A stretch of 64,000 nt of DNA from Candidatus Thorarchaeota archaeon (GTDB taxonomy: Archaea > Asgardarchaeota > Thorarchaeia > Thorarchaeales > Thorarchaeaceae), in contig JBHLQH010000006.1 in NCBI GenBank assembly GCA_048884965.1, forward strand, positions 99,515 through 163,514, written 5' to 3'. The notes beneath the pieces were generated by a model, which was not told the DNA's origin, searched no databases, and worked only from the letters and a program-made list of their open reading frames with translations. This document shows, piece after piece, positions 1 to 8,521 of this stretch. Position numbers and translations under genes: made by a program. Position 1 is the stretch's first letter. Every line of letters starts with the position of its first letter.

Positions 1-1
1 A

Positions 2-1390
2 GCTCCCGAACATCTATTCGCTGCCCTTCAACTTCCCGGTGTAGAGGCTATCACATTATTCTTCATCATAGTAGCAGTGATTGGTGCAATCACGGCTCTC
101 ATGACAGCTACAATGGGTCTTGTTTCTAATGAGCTAAAGCAGATTCTTGCATTTTCAACCCTGAGTCAGCTAGGATACATGATGCTTGGACTTGGCACGG
201 CGGGTCTGATTTACTTCTATGGACACCACTTTGAGGAAGCATTCTTATCTAGCGTTCTGCATGTAATCTCCCATGGGGCCTTCAAGGCACTTCTCTTCTT
301 GGCTTCAGGTGGCGTCATCCATGCTGTGCATACCAAGTATGTCACAAAGATGGGTGGACTTGGCAAGTACATGAAGAAGACTTTGGTGGTCATGTGGATT
401 GGTGTTCTTGCTCTGGCTGGTATTTGGCCTCTCTCTGGTTTTTGGTCAAAGGATGGTATAATCGAATGGGCATACGATCTTATGATTGTTGAATCCGAGA
501 TGCTTGCACATGGAACCACCCTATTCCCTGTAGGTTGGATTGTGTTTCTCTTCGCAATTCTTGCTGCTGCATGTACGATTTTCTACAGCATTAGGATGAT
601 GGGTTTGACATTCTATGGCCCAAGCGAATACGACAAAGAGGGACATGATTCAACTCATTCATCGGGACATGATTCATCATATCCAGAGGAAATCGATACT
701 CTACGCGAGGACGATGAATCAAATGAACACCATGCTGACGATCATCATGCAACACCACATGATCCAGGTCTCGCCATGATGATTCCACTGTATATCCTAG
801 CGACGTTCACGATAGTGGCAATGTTTGTTTATCCCTTCATTGAGAACATAATATTGGGAACGGAACATGGGTTTACATATTTCGCAGTCGATGTTTTCTT
901 GTATAAGATAACTGTTGGTTATGTACCCTTTTGGATAACTATTGGAGCACTACTACTAGGTGGAATTCCAGGTTTTCTATGGTACATCAAAGGAGCTGAT
1001 AGTCCTAATACCTTCGTGCCCGAAACCGGTATCCGCAGGAAGATCTACAACTTCCTCCGTCATCGCTGGTACATCAACGAGTTCTACTATTGGGTGCTCA
1101 ACAAGTTCCTGAACTTTGCTGAATGGTGGAGAGTAAGGATTGACAACAACATCATCGATGGTATCGACTTCAAGTCTGCTGACACTGCGAAGGGCATCTC
1201 CAGACGTGTGCGCTGGTTCGATGATCACATCGTAGACGGTTTCGCAGAAGGTGTTTCTACCTATAGTGTTGGAGCATCAGAATCTGGACAGGCGATACAA
1301 TCAGGACGAATCAATGACTATGTATCAGTGATCATCTTCGGATTTGGCTTGATGATTCTTGTGATACTCATAACCTTGGGGGTGATCTAA
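2..1390 (+). CDS. nuoL: NADH-quinone oxidoreductase subunit L-like antiporter subunit (5' truncated by window edge)
   Basis: Motifs LAFSTLSQLGYM, HGAFKALLFLASGGVIH, SGFWSKD and C-terminal QSGRINDY. The frame is open from position 2, so the true start lies upstream. Confidence 0.93.
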   Translation, partial: APEHLFAALQLPGVEAITLFFIIVAVIGAITALMTATMGLVSNELKQILAFSTLSQLGYMMLGLGTAGLIYFYGHHFEEAFLSSVLHVISHGAFKALLFLASGGVIHAVHTKYVTKMGGLGKYMKKTLVVMWIGVLALAGIWPLSGFWSKDGIIEWAYDLMIVESEMLAHGTTLFPVGWIVFLFAILAAACTIFYSIRMMGLTFYGPSEYDKEGHDSTHSSGHDSSYPEEIDTLREDDESNEHHADDHHATPHDPGLAMMIPLYILATFTIVAMFVYPFIENIILGTEHGFTYFAVDVFLYKITVGYVPFWITIGALLLGGIPGFLWYIKGADSPNTFVPETGIRRKIYNFLRHRWYINEFYYWVLNKFLNFAEWWRVRIDNNIIDGIDFKSADTAKGISRRVRWFDDHIVDGFAEGVSTYSVGASESGQAIQSGRINDYVSVIIFGFGLMILVILITLGVI

Positions 1391-1391
1391 G

Positions 1392-2948
1392 ATGCAAGTA
1401 GACATCGCACAAGCAATCGCATCCATCCTGCCACTAGGTATCTTGCCATTCATGCTGTTCCTACCATTACTTGCAGCATTCGTAGTACTCATCCTAGGCG
1501 CAAAGCCTGCGAGAATGATCACTCTATTGATCGCACTTGCAGAGATGGGTCTCGCGATAGTACTCGGTCTTGCAATTGATCCCGCAGTACAACTTGATGA
1601 TCCCACTGGTGGAGTATTCGGTTGGCAATATACCATTGCCCCACTGACGACTGCTGAGGACGCTCCGCTTCTTCAGATCCTTCTTGGAGTGGACGGTCTC
1701 TCGGTGGTTATGATTATCCTGTCGAACCTTGTCGTGCTCATCGCTGCTATCAGCTCAAATCACATCAAGGAGTCCAAGTCAATGTACTACTCCTTCTTCC
1801 TGATGCTTCAGTCAGGTCTCCTAGGAGTGTTCATGTCTATTGACCTCTTTAGCTTCTTTGTATTCTGGGAGCTTGTGCTAATTCCGATGTTCTTCATCAT
1901 CGGGAAGTGGGGCGAGGAAGGTGCACAGCACGCAGCCGTCAAGTTCGTCATCTACACACATCTTGGCTCAGCTGTTATGGCGATATCGTTCTTTGTCCTG
2001 TTCTTCATGGCACCTACGCCGACCTTCAATATGGTAGAACTAAGAGGTATGGGACTCTCACCGGACATCCAGATTGGATTCGCGCTTGCAGTATTCATGG
2101 GTGCAGGTGTGAAGCTTCCTGTCTTCCCCTTGCACAACTGGCTACCGTGGGCGCATGTGAAGGCACCAACACCCGGCTCAGTCATCTTGGCGGGTATCCT
2201 TCTAAAGATGGGTGGCTATGCTTTCATAAGGCTAGGTCTCTGGATGGTTCCTGAAGGCTTTGCCAGATTGAGTATTCCGCTCGCATTGCTAGCAGTCTTC
2301 ACATGTATCTACGCAGCGTTCACTGCTATGGCACAGACTGACATGAAGTCCATGGTGGCGTACACATCCATCAATCACATGGCATGGGTGTTGCTTGGTG
2401 TTGCGGTCGCATCTGTTGGTATCAACAGTGCTGACCCAGTATTGCAGGGAGCTGCAAACATTGCCATTCAAGGGTCGATCTTCATGATGTTCTCTCATGG
2501 TACTATCATCTCTGTAATGTTTATCATGGCCGGGCAGCTCAAATACGCTGCTGGTACACGTGAGATTCCGAACATCCGGGGTCTGCTCTCACGAGCACCA
2601 AAGATGGCTTCAGTCTTTATTCTCGCATCATTGGCTGCATTTGGACTGCCAGGATTCAGTGGGTTTATCGCTGAAGCGTTGACTCTGTTCGGTGCAGTGA
2701 CAATCTACATCTGGGCTGGCCTCATCGGCTTCGGCATCTTTGTCACAGTTGGCTATCTTCTTTGGACGCTCAACAGGATGGTCTTCAGTGATCCTGACCC
2801 CGATAAAGAGATTAACGAGGCTCCATGGAGTGACCTCATCGCTCCTATCCTGATGATGATACCAGTCATACTGCTTGGTATCTGGCCTGATTTGATCTTA
2901 GACTTCACGAGAAGTGTTGTCCTCTTCATGCTAGGAGGTGCTCCCTAG
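1392..2948 (+). CDS. nuoM: NADH-quinone oxidoreductase subunit M
   Basis: Motifs GVDGLS, FFVFWE, KLPVFPLHNWLPWAHVKAPTPGSVILAGILLKMGGY, AYTSINHM and GLPGFSGFIAE. Starts 1 nt after the nuoL stop. Confidence 0.95.
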   Translation: MQVDIAQAIASILPLGILPFMLFLPLLAAFVVLILGAKPARMITLLIALAEMGLAIVLGLAIDPAVQLDDPTGGVFGWQYTIAPLTTAEDAPLLQILLGVDGLSVVMIILSNLVVLIAAISSNHIKESKSMYYSFFLMLQSGLLGVFMSIDLFSFFVFWELVLIPMFFIIGKWGEEGAQHAAVKFVIYTHLGSAVMAISFFVLFFMAPTPTFNMVELRGMGLSPDIQIGFALAVFMGAGVKLPVFPLHNWLPWAHVKAPTPGSVILAGILLKMGGYAFIRLGLWMVPEGFARLSIPLALLAVFTCIYAAFTAMAQTDMKSMVAYTSINHMAWVLLGVAVASVGINSADPVLQGAANIAIQGSIFMMFSHGTIISVMFIMAGQLKYAAGTREIPNIRGLLSRAPKMASVFILASLAAFGLPGFSGFIAEALTLFGAVTIYIWAGLIGFGIFVTVGYLLWTLNRMVFSDPDPDKEINEAPWSDLIAPILMMIPVILLGIWPDLILDFTRSVVLFMLGGAP

Positions 2949-4448
2949 ATGCTACAAGCAAATGCTATTCTTGATTTCATCGAAATACTATTGACTCCAT
3001 TGAGGGACATCCTTGTACAGCTTCCAGCTGAGTGGTATGGTTCCTTACCTGTCCTGACATTGATTGGATTCTCCATAATTGTGTTGATCATTGGACTCAG
3101 ATTCAATCCATTGATCATAAGCATCATTGGAGTCATTGTAGCAATGCTTGAAGTAGCCGCAATGGACCCTCTTGTCTATGGGTCTTCATTCGGAGGCCTC
3201 TTCGTTAGAGATGCCTTCGCTGACTTCTTCATCTATCTAATCCTGATAGTTGCGATCCTGGTGATGCTATCTGCAACTCAGTATGGTGGTGATAAGGGTC
3301 CTTACAACTTCCTATTCCTCATCTCCTTTGCTGGAGCGATCTGGGTTGTCATGGCTACTGACCTCATCGCTTTGTTCTTGGCATGGGAACTGATGAGCAC
3401 ACCAACCTACATACTTGTAGCTCTAGGACCTGACAGACTTGCACTTGATGGCGCGACCAAGTATTTTGTCATGGGCTTGGTTTCAACCATGTTCATGCTC
3501 TTTGGTATCGCACTCGTCTTTGGCGTGTGCGGCACTACAGTTCTGACTGAGGTGGGTGTACATGTAGCAGCGATTTGGGCTGCTCCTGCGACATTAACCA
3601 CGCAGGCATATACACTCCTCTTGTCCATGGTCCTCTTCATCATCGCCTTCGGATTCAAGGTAGGTATCTTCCCAGGTTGGATGTGGGTACCTGATACCTA
3701 TGCTACAGCTGATGGGAGCGTGACCGCATATCTGGCTGGTGCGACAAAGAAGACTGGAGTTAGTGCATTAGCCCGAATACTGATGGTTGGTTTCATCGTT
3801 GCTCGATTGGAGTGGTACTGGCTCATCATCATTGTTGCCATGCTTACGATGGTGATAGGGAACTTCCTTGCATTAGCACAGAAGGATATCATGAGAATGC
3901 TTGCCTTTTCGAGTATTGCTATGATGGGCTATGTATTCGTAGGGTTTGCCGTTGACACAGCTATAGGACTATCATCAGCCTTCTTCCTAGCATTCGTTCA
4001 TGCTATCATGAAAGCAGGAGCATTCATCCTCATCTTTGCGATGTCCATTCGTTTGCAAAAGAGGATTACCTATGAAGAACTAAATGGGCTTAGTCAACGA
4101 TATCCAATTGCTGCAGGGTTCCTTGGGATCATCGTCATCTCGTTGATGGGTATACCCTTCACTGCAGGATTCACACCGAAGTTCCTGCTATTCCTCAGCA
4201 CTGCAGAGGTAGGCCTATGGTGGCTTGGACTGTTTGCTTTCCTGAATGTGACATTCTCACTTGGCTACTACTTCCGAGTTATACGAGCGATGTATCTCAG
4301 GCCAGCTAGTGATACCAGCACCTTCACTTTGCCTAAGATCCCAATGATCATTGGTGGAGTGTGTGCACTCTCAATGCTTGTACTATTTTGGTTCCCAGGA
4401 CCTATCATAGAGCTAGCGAATGCAGCTGCCGCTCTACTAGTACCATAG
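2949..4448 (+). CDS. nuoN: NADH-quinone oxidoreductase subunit N
   Basis: Motifs LAWELMS, ATKYF, GFKVGIFPGWMWVPDTY, RMLAFSSIA and GIPFTAGF..K. Abuts nuoM in L-M-N order. Confidence 0.93.
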   Translation: MLQANAILDFIEILLTPLRDILVQLPAEWYGSLPVLTLIGFSIIVLIIGLRFNPLIISIIGVIVAMLEVAAMDPLVYGSSFGGLFVRDAFADFFIYLILIVAILVMLSATQYGGDKGPYNFLFLISFAGAIWVVMATDLIALFLAWELMSTPTYILVALGPDRLALDGATKYFVMGLVSTMFMLFGIALVFGVCGTTVLTEVGVHVAAIWAAPATLTTQAYTLLLSMVLFIIAFGFKVGIFPGWMWVPDTYATADGSVTAYLAGATKKTGVSALARILMVGFIVARLEWYWLIIIVAMLTMVIGNFLALAQKDIMRMLAFSSIAMMGYVFVGFAVDTAIGLSSAFFLAFVHAIMKAGAFILIFAMSIRLQKRITYEELNGLSQRYPIAAGFLGIIVISLMGIPFTAGFTPKFLLFLSTAEVGLWWLGLFAFLNVTFSLGYYFRVIRAMYLRPASDTSTFTLPKIPMIIGGVCALSMLVLFWFPGPIIELANAAAALLVP

Positions 4449-4459
4449 GATATGTCTGA

Positions 4460-4508
4460 AATGGGGCAAAAATGCCCCATTCATTTTCCTTTTCTAACAT
4501 CTTTTTTG
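4460..4508 (+). terminator. Stem-loop plus T-tract after nuoN
   Basis: AATGGGGCA-aaaa-TGCCCCATT (4460-4481) followed by T-rich tracts. Confidence 0.65.
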
Positions 4509-4695
4509 GTTTCATTCTGTTTGTATCCAAATGTAAGAGAAAGCGGTTTTTAGTTACTTTTCGTAATATATTAATTAGATATCTATACATATACACAGAA
4601 TTCTGGAGGGATGTGTTAAATGTCGAAATCATTTATTTGTACATATTTACGAATATCGCAAATTATGAGCACCTTCACAATAATTAACAAACATC

Positions 4696-4731
4696 TTTAA
4701 ATGTAACCTTGTTGCGAAGTTACAATTGTAA
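4696..4731 (+). promoter_or_regulatory. Putative TATA box and palindromic operator upstream of the multiheme cytochrome
   Basis: TTTAAATG at 4696-4703 and perfect palindrome TTACAATTGTAA at 4720-4731, near the expected transcription start. Confidence 0.4.
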
Positions 4732-4760
4732 ATCCGGGAAGAACATGGAGAATCAAAAAC

Positions 4761-6152
4761 ATGGTATACTATACTGATTCGCCAAGAATGAACAAGCGGA
4801 TGGTGTCAGGTTATTACCTGTTCCTCTGTTTGATTGGTTTCGCCGTTCTTCTAGGACCAACCGGTGCCGGCATTACGATAAATATTATCGGAAATGGCGG
4901 ACGTGATCAGCACGAGATTTCGAGTCCTATGGCAGGAGATGACCCAAGTGACTGTTCAGGCTGTCACTCAAATGAGTACAATAACTGGAGTACAACTCCT
5001 CATGCTACTCATGTGACTGTGGTAAACTCCACACACTATGCGATAGGTTCTCGCAATGTTTCCATGACTCTCTTTAACAGCAGCTGTGCAGCGTGTCACA
5101 CATCTGGATACAATGCATCAGCTCCTGCAAGTGAACGGTTTGATGCGTTGGGTGTGAACTGCTTTGCATGTCACAACACAACAGCTCCATACGTGGACTA
5201 TAGTGGTGAAGCGTGTGCTCCCTGTCATACAGGAAGCAATCCCGCTCATCCCTACCAGTATGCACCGTGGGAGAACTCAGCTCATGCGAACTCTCTGACT
5301 GACCTCAGAACAAGTAGCCACGCAGGCTCCTCATGTATGCACTGCATGTCAACAGAAGGCTTCATTGACCAAGACGCTGATTTAGACGTCGAAGGTGAAT
5401 ACAATGCAGTTTCCTGTCCAGCATGTCACTCCGTGCATGGTGAGTGGTCCGGCGATGGTCCATACATGATCAGAGCCGAAAATGCAAGCGAACTATGTGG
5501 TAACTGCCACACTGGTTCAAGGCATGGCTCATATGATACCTGGATTGGTGGTTCACACAATCTTGCAGGTCTCACATGTATTGACTGTCACGGCTATGAT
5601 CTGACAAACACCTCTGACACAGACACTTACTTCTTGAATCATACATTTGTCGTTAAGCCAGATCTTGCATGTGGCCAACCCGACAATGGATGTCACGAAG
5701 ACAATCTTGAGTGGGCTCTAGCACAGCTTGAGACAATTCAGGATGCTTTCGATGCTCTTGTCGAGGAGATTCAGACAGAAGCAGATGATCTAGAAGAAAT
5801 CATTCTAGCTTACAATGCTACTGAGGGTGCTGATTACGAACTAGTAGGTGAGGTAATGGATGTCATTGACGATGTCAGTGGTGTAATTACCGCAATGAAT
5901 GGAGACGGTTCATCAGGATTCCATGATCGTGTTGGTATCTTGGATACACTAAATGGAGCGTATCTTGACCTACTGAATGCCAAGGCCTACTTCTACGAGA
6001 ACACACCAGCTGAAACTGTAACTGTCACAGTTACTGAAACCGTAACAGTTCCAGCTCCAAGCGGTATGGACACTCTCGTTCTTGCAGGTGGTGCAGTTGG
6101 CGGTATCGTCATCGGTTTGATCCTAGGACTGCTAGTCGGAAGACGACGCTAA
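4761..6152 (+). CDS. Membrane-anchored multiheme cytochrome c (c552/NrfA-HAO superfamily-like C-terminal helices)
   Basis: N-terminal signal or TM, 7 CxxCH (CSGCH, CAACH, CFACH, CAPCH, CPACH, CGNCH, CIDCH) plus CMHCM and CGQPDNGCH. Acidic helical region with DGSSGFHD, Thr/Val linker, and C-terminal TM ending RRR. Confidence 0.92.
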   Translation: MVYYTDSPRMNKRMVSGYYLFLCLIGFAVLLGPTGAGITINIIGNGGRDQHEISSPMAGDDPSDCSGCHSNEYNNWSTTPHATHVTVVNSTHYAIGSRNVSMTLFNSSCAACHTSGYNASAPASERFDALGVNCFACHNTTAPYVDYSGEACAPCHTGSNPAHPYQYAPWENSAHANSLTDLRTSSHAGSSCMHCMSTEGFIDQDADLDVEGEYNAVSCPACHSVHGEWSGDGPYMIRAENASELCGNCHTGSRHGSYDTWIGGSHNLAGLTCIDCHGYDLTNTSDTDTYFLNHTFVVKPDLACGQPDNGCHEDNLEWALAQLETIQDAFDALVEEIQTEADDLEEIILAYNATEGADYELVGEVMDVIDDVSGVITAMNGDGSSGFHDRVGILDTLNGAYLDLLNAKAYFYENTPAETVTVTVTETVTVPAPSGMDTLVLAGGAVGGIVIGLILGLLVGRRR

Positions 6153-6184
6153 AGGCGATAAACTGGAGAAACTAATGTAAAGGC

Positions 6185-6216
6185 GGGATGTCTAACATCC
6201 CTCCGTATCTTTTTTT
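6185..6216 (+). terminator. Stem-loop plus T-run after the multiheme cytochrome
   Basis: GGGATGT-cta-ACATCCC (6185-6201) then T7 at 6210-6216. Confidence 0.6.
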
Positions 6217-6325
6217 CTCCCAAAGAGTTCTCCAGTGAATATTGGGTTCTGTCCTATGGGCTTCTATTAGTTTCCGGAATTTTTTACCGATATTATATGA
6301 ACCCGAGAAAGGTGATCTTTCCATA

Positions 6326-8521
6326 ATGATAAGTAAACGAACAATAATTGCATTGACTATATTTACACTAATGTTGGGGACTTTTTGTCCTCCCTTAGAA
6401 TATAAGCAAACGAACAAAACTTCAATGTATCCACAAAGCAATTTCACCACATCTGAAGAGTACAACATAAGCAGCTATATTGATTTCTCGACCGCAGCTC
6501 TCAACATCATTTTAGATGTTCTGATTAGATGGGATGATGGTAGCGTGTTTCACTCAGGTGATTACAAGTGGGAAATGATCGACTACGCTCCAAGCTTAGC
6601 AGATTTTTATTGGACTATCTCCGCGCTTTCAAGAATGTACTGGGTTTCTGTTGAGGAAGGATCTGCAAATGATACGATTTCCATTCTTGTTAGTCGTATA
6701 GCTACAAAAATGGTCTTCTTGCTTCTAGATCCTGACTATCCTGGTTTTGGTGTCAATACATACTCTGTACTAGAGGCCCGTACATCAAAGCGACCCGGAG
6801 TTCAAGCATATGCATATGAAGCCCTGAGGCTTGCTGAGGCTGTAAATAGTACTTTGGATTTCTCAGCTGAGCAACAGAGTGCAATTACATGTCTTACGGA
6901 TATGCTCTATGATGAAGTGAACGGTGGGTTCTACTTCTTCACTCTGCAGAATGGTTCTATCAACGTACCCCCAGAGTTTGATGAAGTGTATCCCAACGAT
7001 GGGAAACGACTTGACCATCTTGCTCTTGGGGCATTGGCATTGTATGACGCTTCAGTTGAAACATCGAACACTACACTACTAAATATGGCGGACGAAGCAA
7101 TCTCTTTCATGATGAAGCACATGAAGCAGACAATCCAAACTGACTATTTTGGATTGAAATTGGCCGTCACTGCCAATGGCAGTGAAGTAATCGTGAATGA
7201 AGGTGAACGACCCGCTAATGTGGTTGTATCAGATATTAATGCGATTGCTCTTGGTGCATTACTAAAGGCATATACAACCACTGGCAACTCAACGTATCTA
7301 GATTTTGCTAAGGAAACCTTCAATGCCCTACTACAGAAAAATTGGGATACAGTACATGGAGGTTGGTTTGCAGAAACTCTGAATGGAGAGCCTTTCGATC
7401 CTCTTGATGACGAGGACGTGAAGTTCTACAAATATACAGAAATCCAGTTTCAGATGACCCGATTCTTATCCGACCTTTATGAGTTGACCGATAACACATT
7501 CTACGTTAGACTCGTGATTGATACCCTCGAGCTCGTCATCTCTCATCTATGGGATAAGTCACATGGAGGTTTTGTTCAGAATGGGAATCAGGAATGGGAC
7601 GTTTTTAGTGATGAGTGGGAAATACATTACACCTCAGTTCAATGTCAAGCCATTTTAAGTCTGGAAAAGCTTTGGTCCTATGGTCTTCCGATAATATCCT
7701 ATGTCAGAATCAATCCTTCTTCTCCTAGACCATTTGATGAGATTCTCATAACTGCACTTGTCCAAGATCCCGATGGTATTGATGATGTATATGTCAATTA
7801 CACCATTTCTTTTGGTTCAGTCACGACTTCAGGGATATTGGAGCTGGATCCAAATCCTGAAGCTGGCGGAGTTTTCAATAGTACACTTGGATATCTCAAT
7901 GACACGACACAGGTCAATTTCTATGTATATGCGAATGATACGACGGGTGCATCCTTTGTAGCGGGATCGTACTATTTCATTGTACGTGAGGATATATGGG
8001 AACCCGCTATTGTGTTGAGACAAATCTATCCAGAGGAGGTAGCTGCAGGTGACGAAGTAATTCTTGAGTTCGGCACCTATGAGTTCCCATTACATAGTGC
8101 TTTGTTATATTGTACACTCTTCTGGAAGGTGAATAATGGCGCATTCACAGAATTGAATATGACCCACGTTGGGTTTGAAGAGGATTACCTTGTATGGATA
8201 GCTAACCTCGGTCGGTTTCGACCTGGTGATGTAATATCATATTACTGTATAGCGCTTGATGAATCAGGAAATATAGGTATTAGTGCATACTACAGACTAA
8301 CAATCAATAATCCTGCTTCGTATATTTCCCCTATAACCTCATGGCAATTCTTTGCAATAGTAGGATCTCTATCACTTCCAGGATTCGGTTTTGCATATGT
8401 TTGGACTCGTAGAAAGCACTCGAATGAACAACAGAGAATTTTGAAGAAGGAAGCTCGGAAACGTGGTAGGCGTGCTAGGGGGAAAAGCAGATCTCGATCG
8501 AGGTCACAAGGAGGCGAATAA
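6326..8521 (+). CDS. Secreted, C-terminally anchored protein with (alpha/alpha)6-barrel-like domain (AGE-epimerase/GH76/SSP411-like) and two Ig-like domains
   Basis: Start moved to ATG 6326 (GGTGA SD at 6311, signal peptide MISKRTIIALTIFTLML). Repeated YDEVNGGFY, WDTVHGGWF and WDKSHGGFV motifs, beta-rich domains, C-terminal TM and Arg/Ser-rich tail. Confidence 0.7.
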   Translation: MISKRTIIALTIFTLMLGTFCPPLEYKQTNKTSMYPQSNFTTSEEYNISSYIDFSTAALNIILDVLIRWDDGSVFHSGDYKWEMIDYAPSLADFYWTISALSRMYWVSVEEGSANDTISILVSRIATKMVFLLLDPDYPGFGVNTYSVLEARTSKRPGVQAYAYEALRLAEAVNSTLDFSAEQQSAITCLTDMLYDEVNGGFYFFTLQNGSINVPPEFDEVYPNDGKRLDHLALGALALYDASVETSNTTLLNMADEAISFMMKHMKQTIQTDYFGLKLAVTANGSEVIVNEGERPANVVVSDINAIALGALLKAYTTTGNSTYLDFAKETFNALLQKNWDTVHGGWFAETLNGEPFDPLDDEDVKFYKYTEIQFQMTRFLSDLYELTDNTFYVRLVIDTLELVISHLWDKSHGGFVQNGNQEWDVFSDEWEIHYTSVQCQAILSLEKLWSYGLPIISYVRINPSSPRPFDEILITALVQDPDGIDDVYVNYTISFGSVTTSGILELDPNPEAGGVFNSTLGYLNDTTQVNFYVYANDTTGASFVAGSYYFIVREDIWEPAIVLRQIYPEEVAAGDEVILEFGTYEFPLHSALLYCTLFWKVNNGAFTELNMTHVGFEEDYLVWIANLGRFRPGDVISYYCIALDESGNIGISAYYRLTINNPASYISPITSWQFFAIVGSLSLPGFGFAYVWTRRKHSNEQQRILKKEARKRGRRARGKSRSRSRSQGGE

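Noticed and set aside
4472-4687. 71-aa ORF in the nuoN-cytochrome gap
   Set aside because: AT-rich terminator/promoter sequence with no SD and no protein-like features.
4761-6152. Calling the cytochrome NrfA or HAO
   Set aside because: There is no CxxCK, and the heme number and spacing do not fit. Only the C-terminal helical motif is reminiscent.
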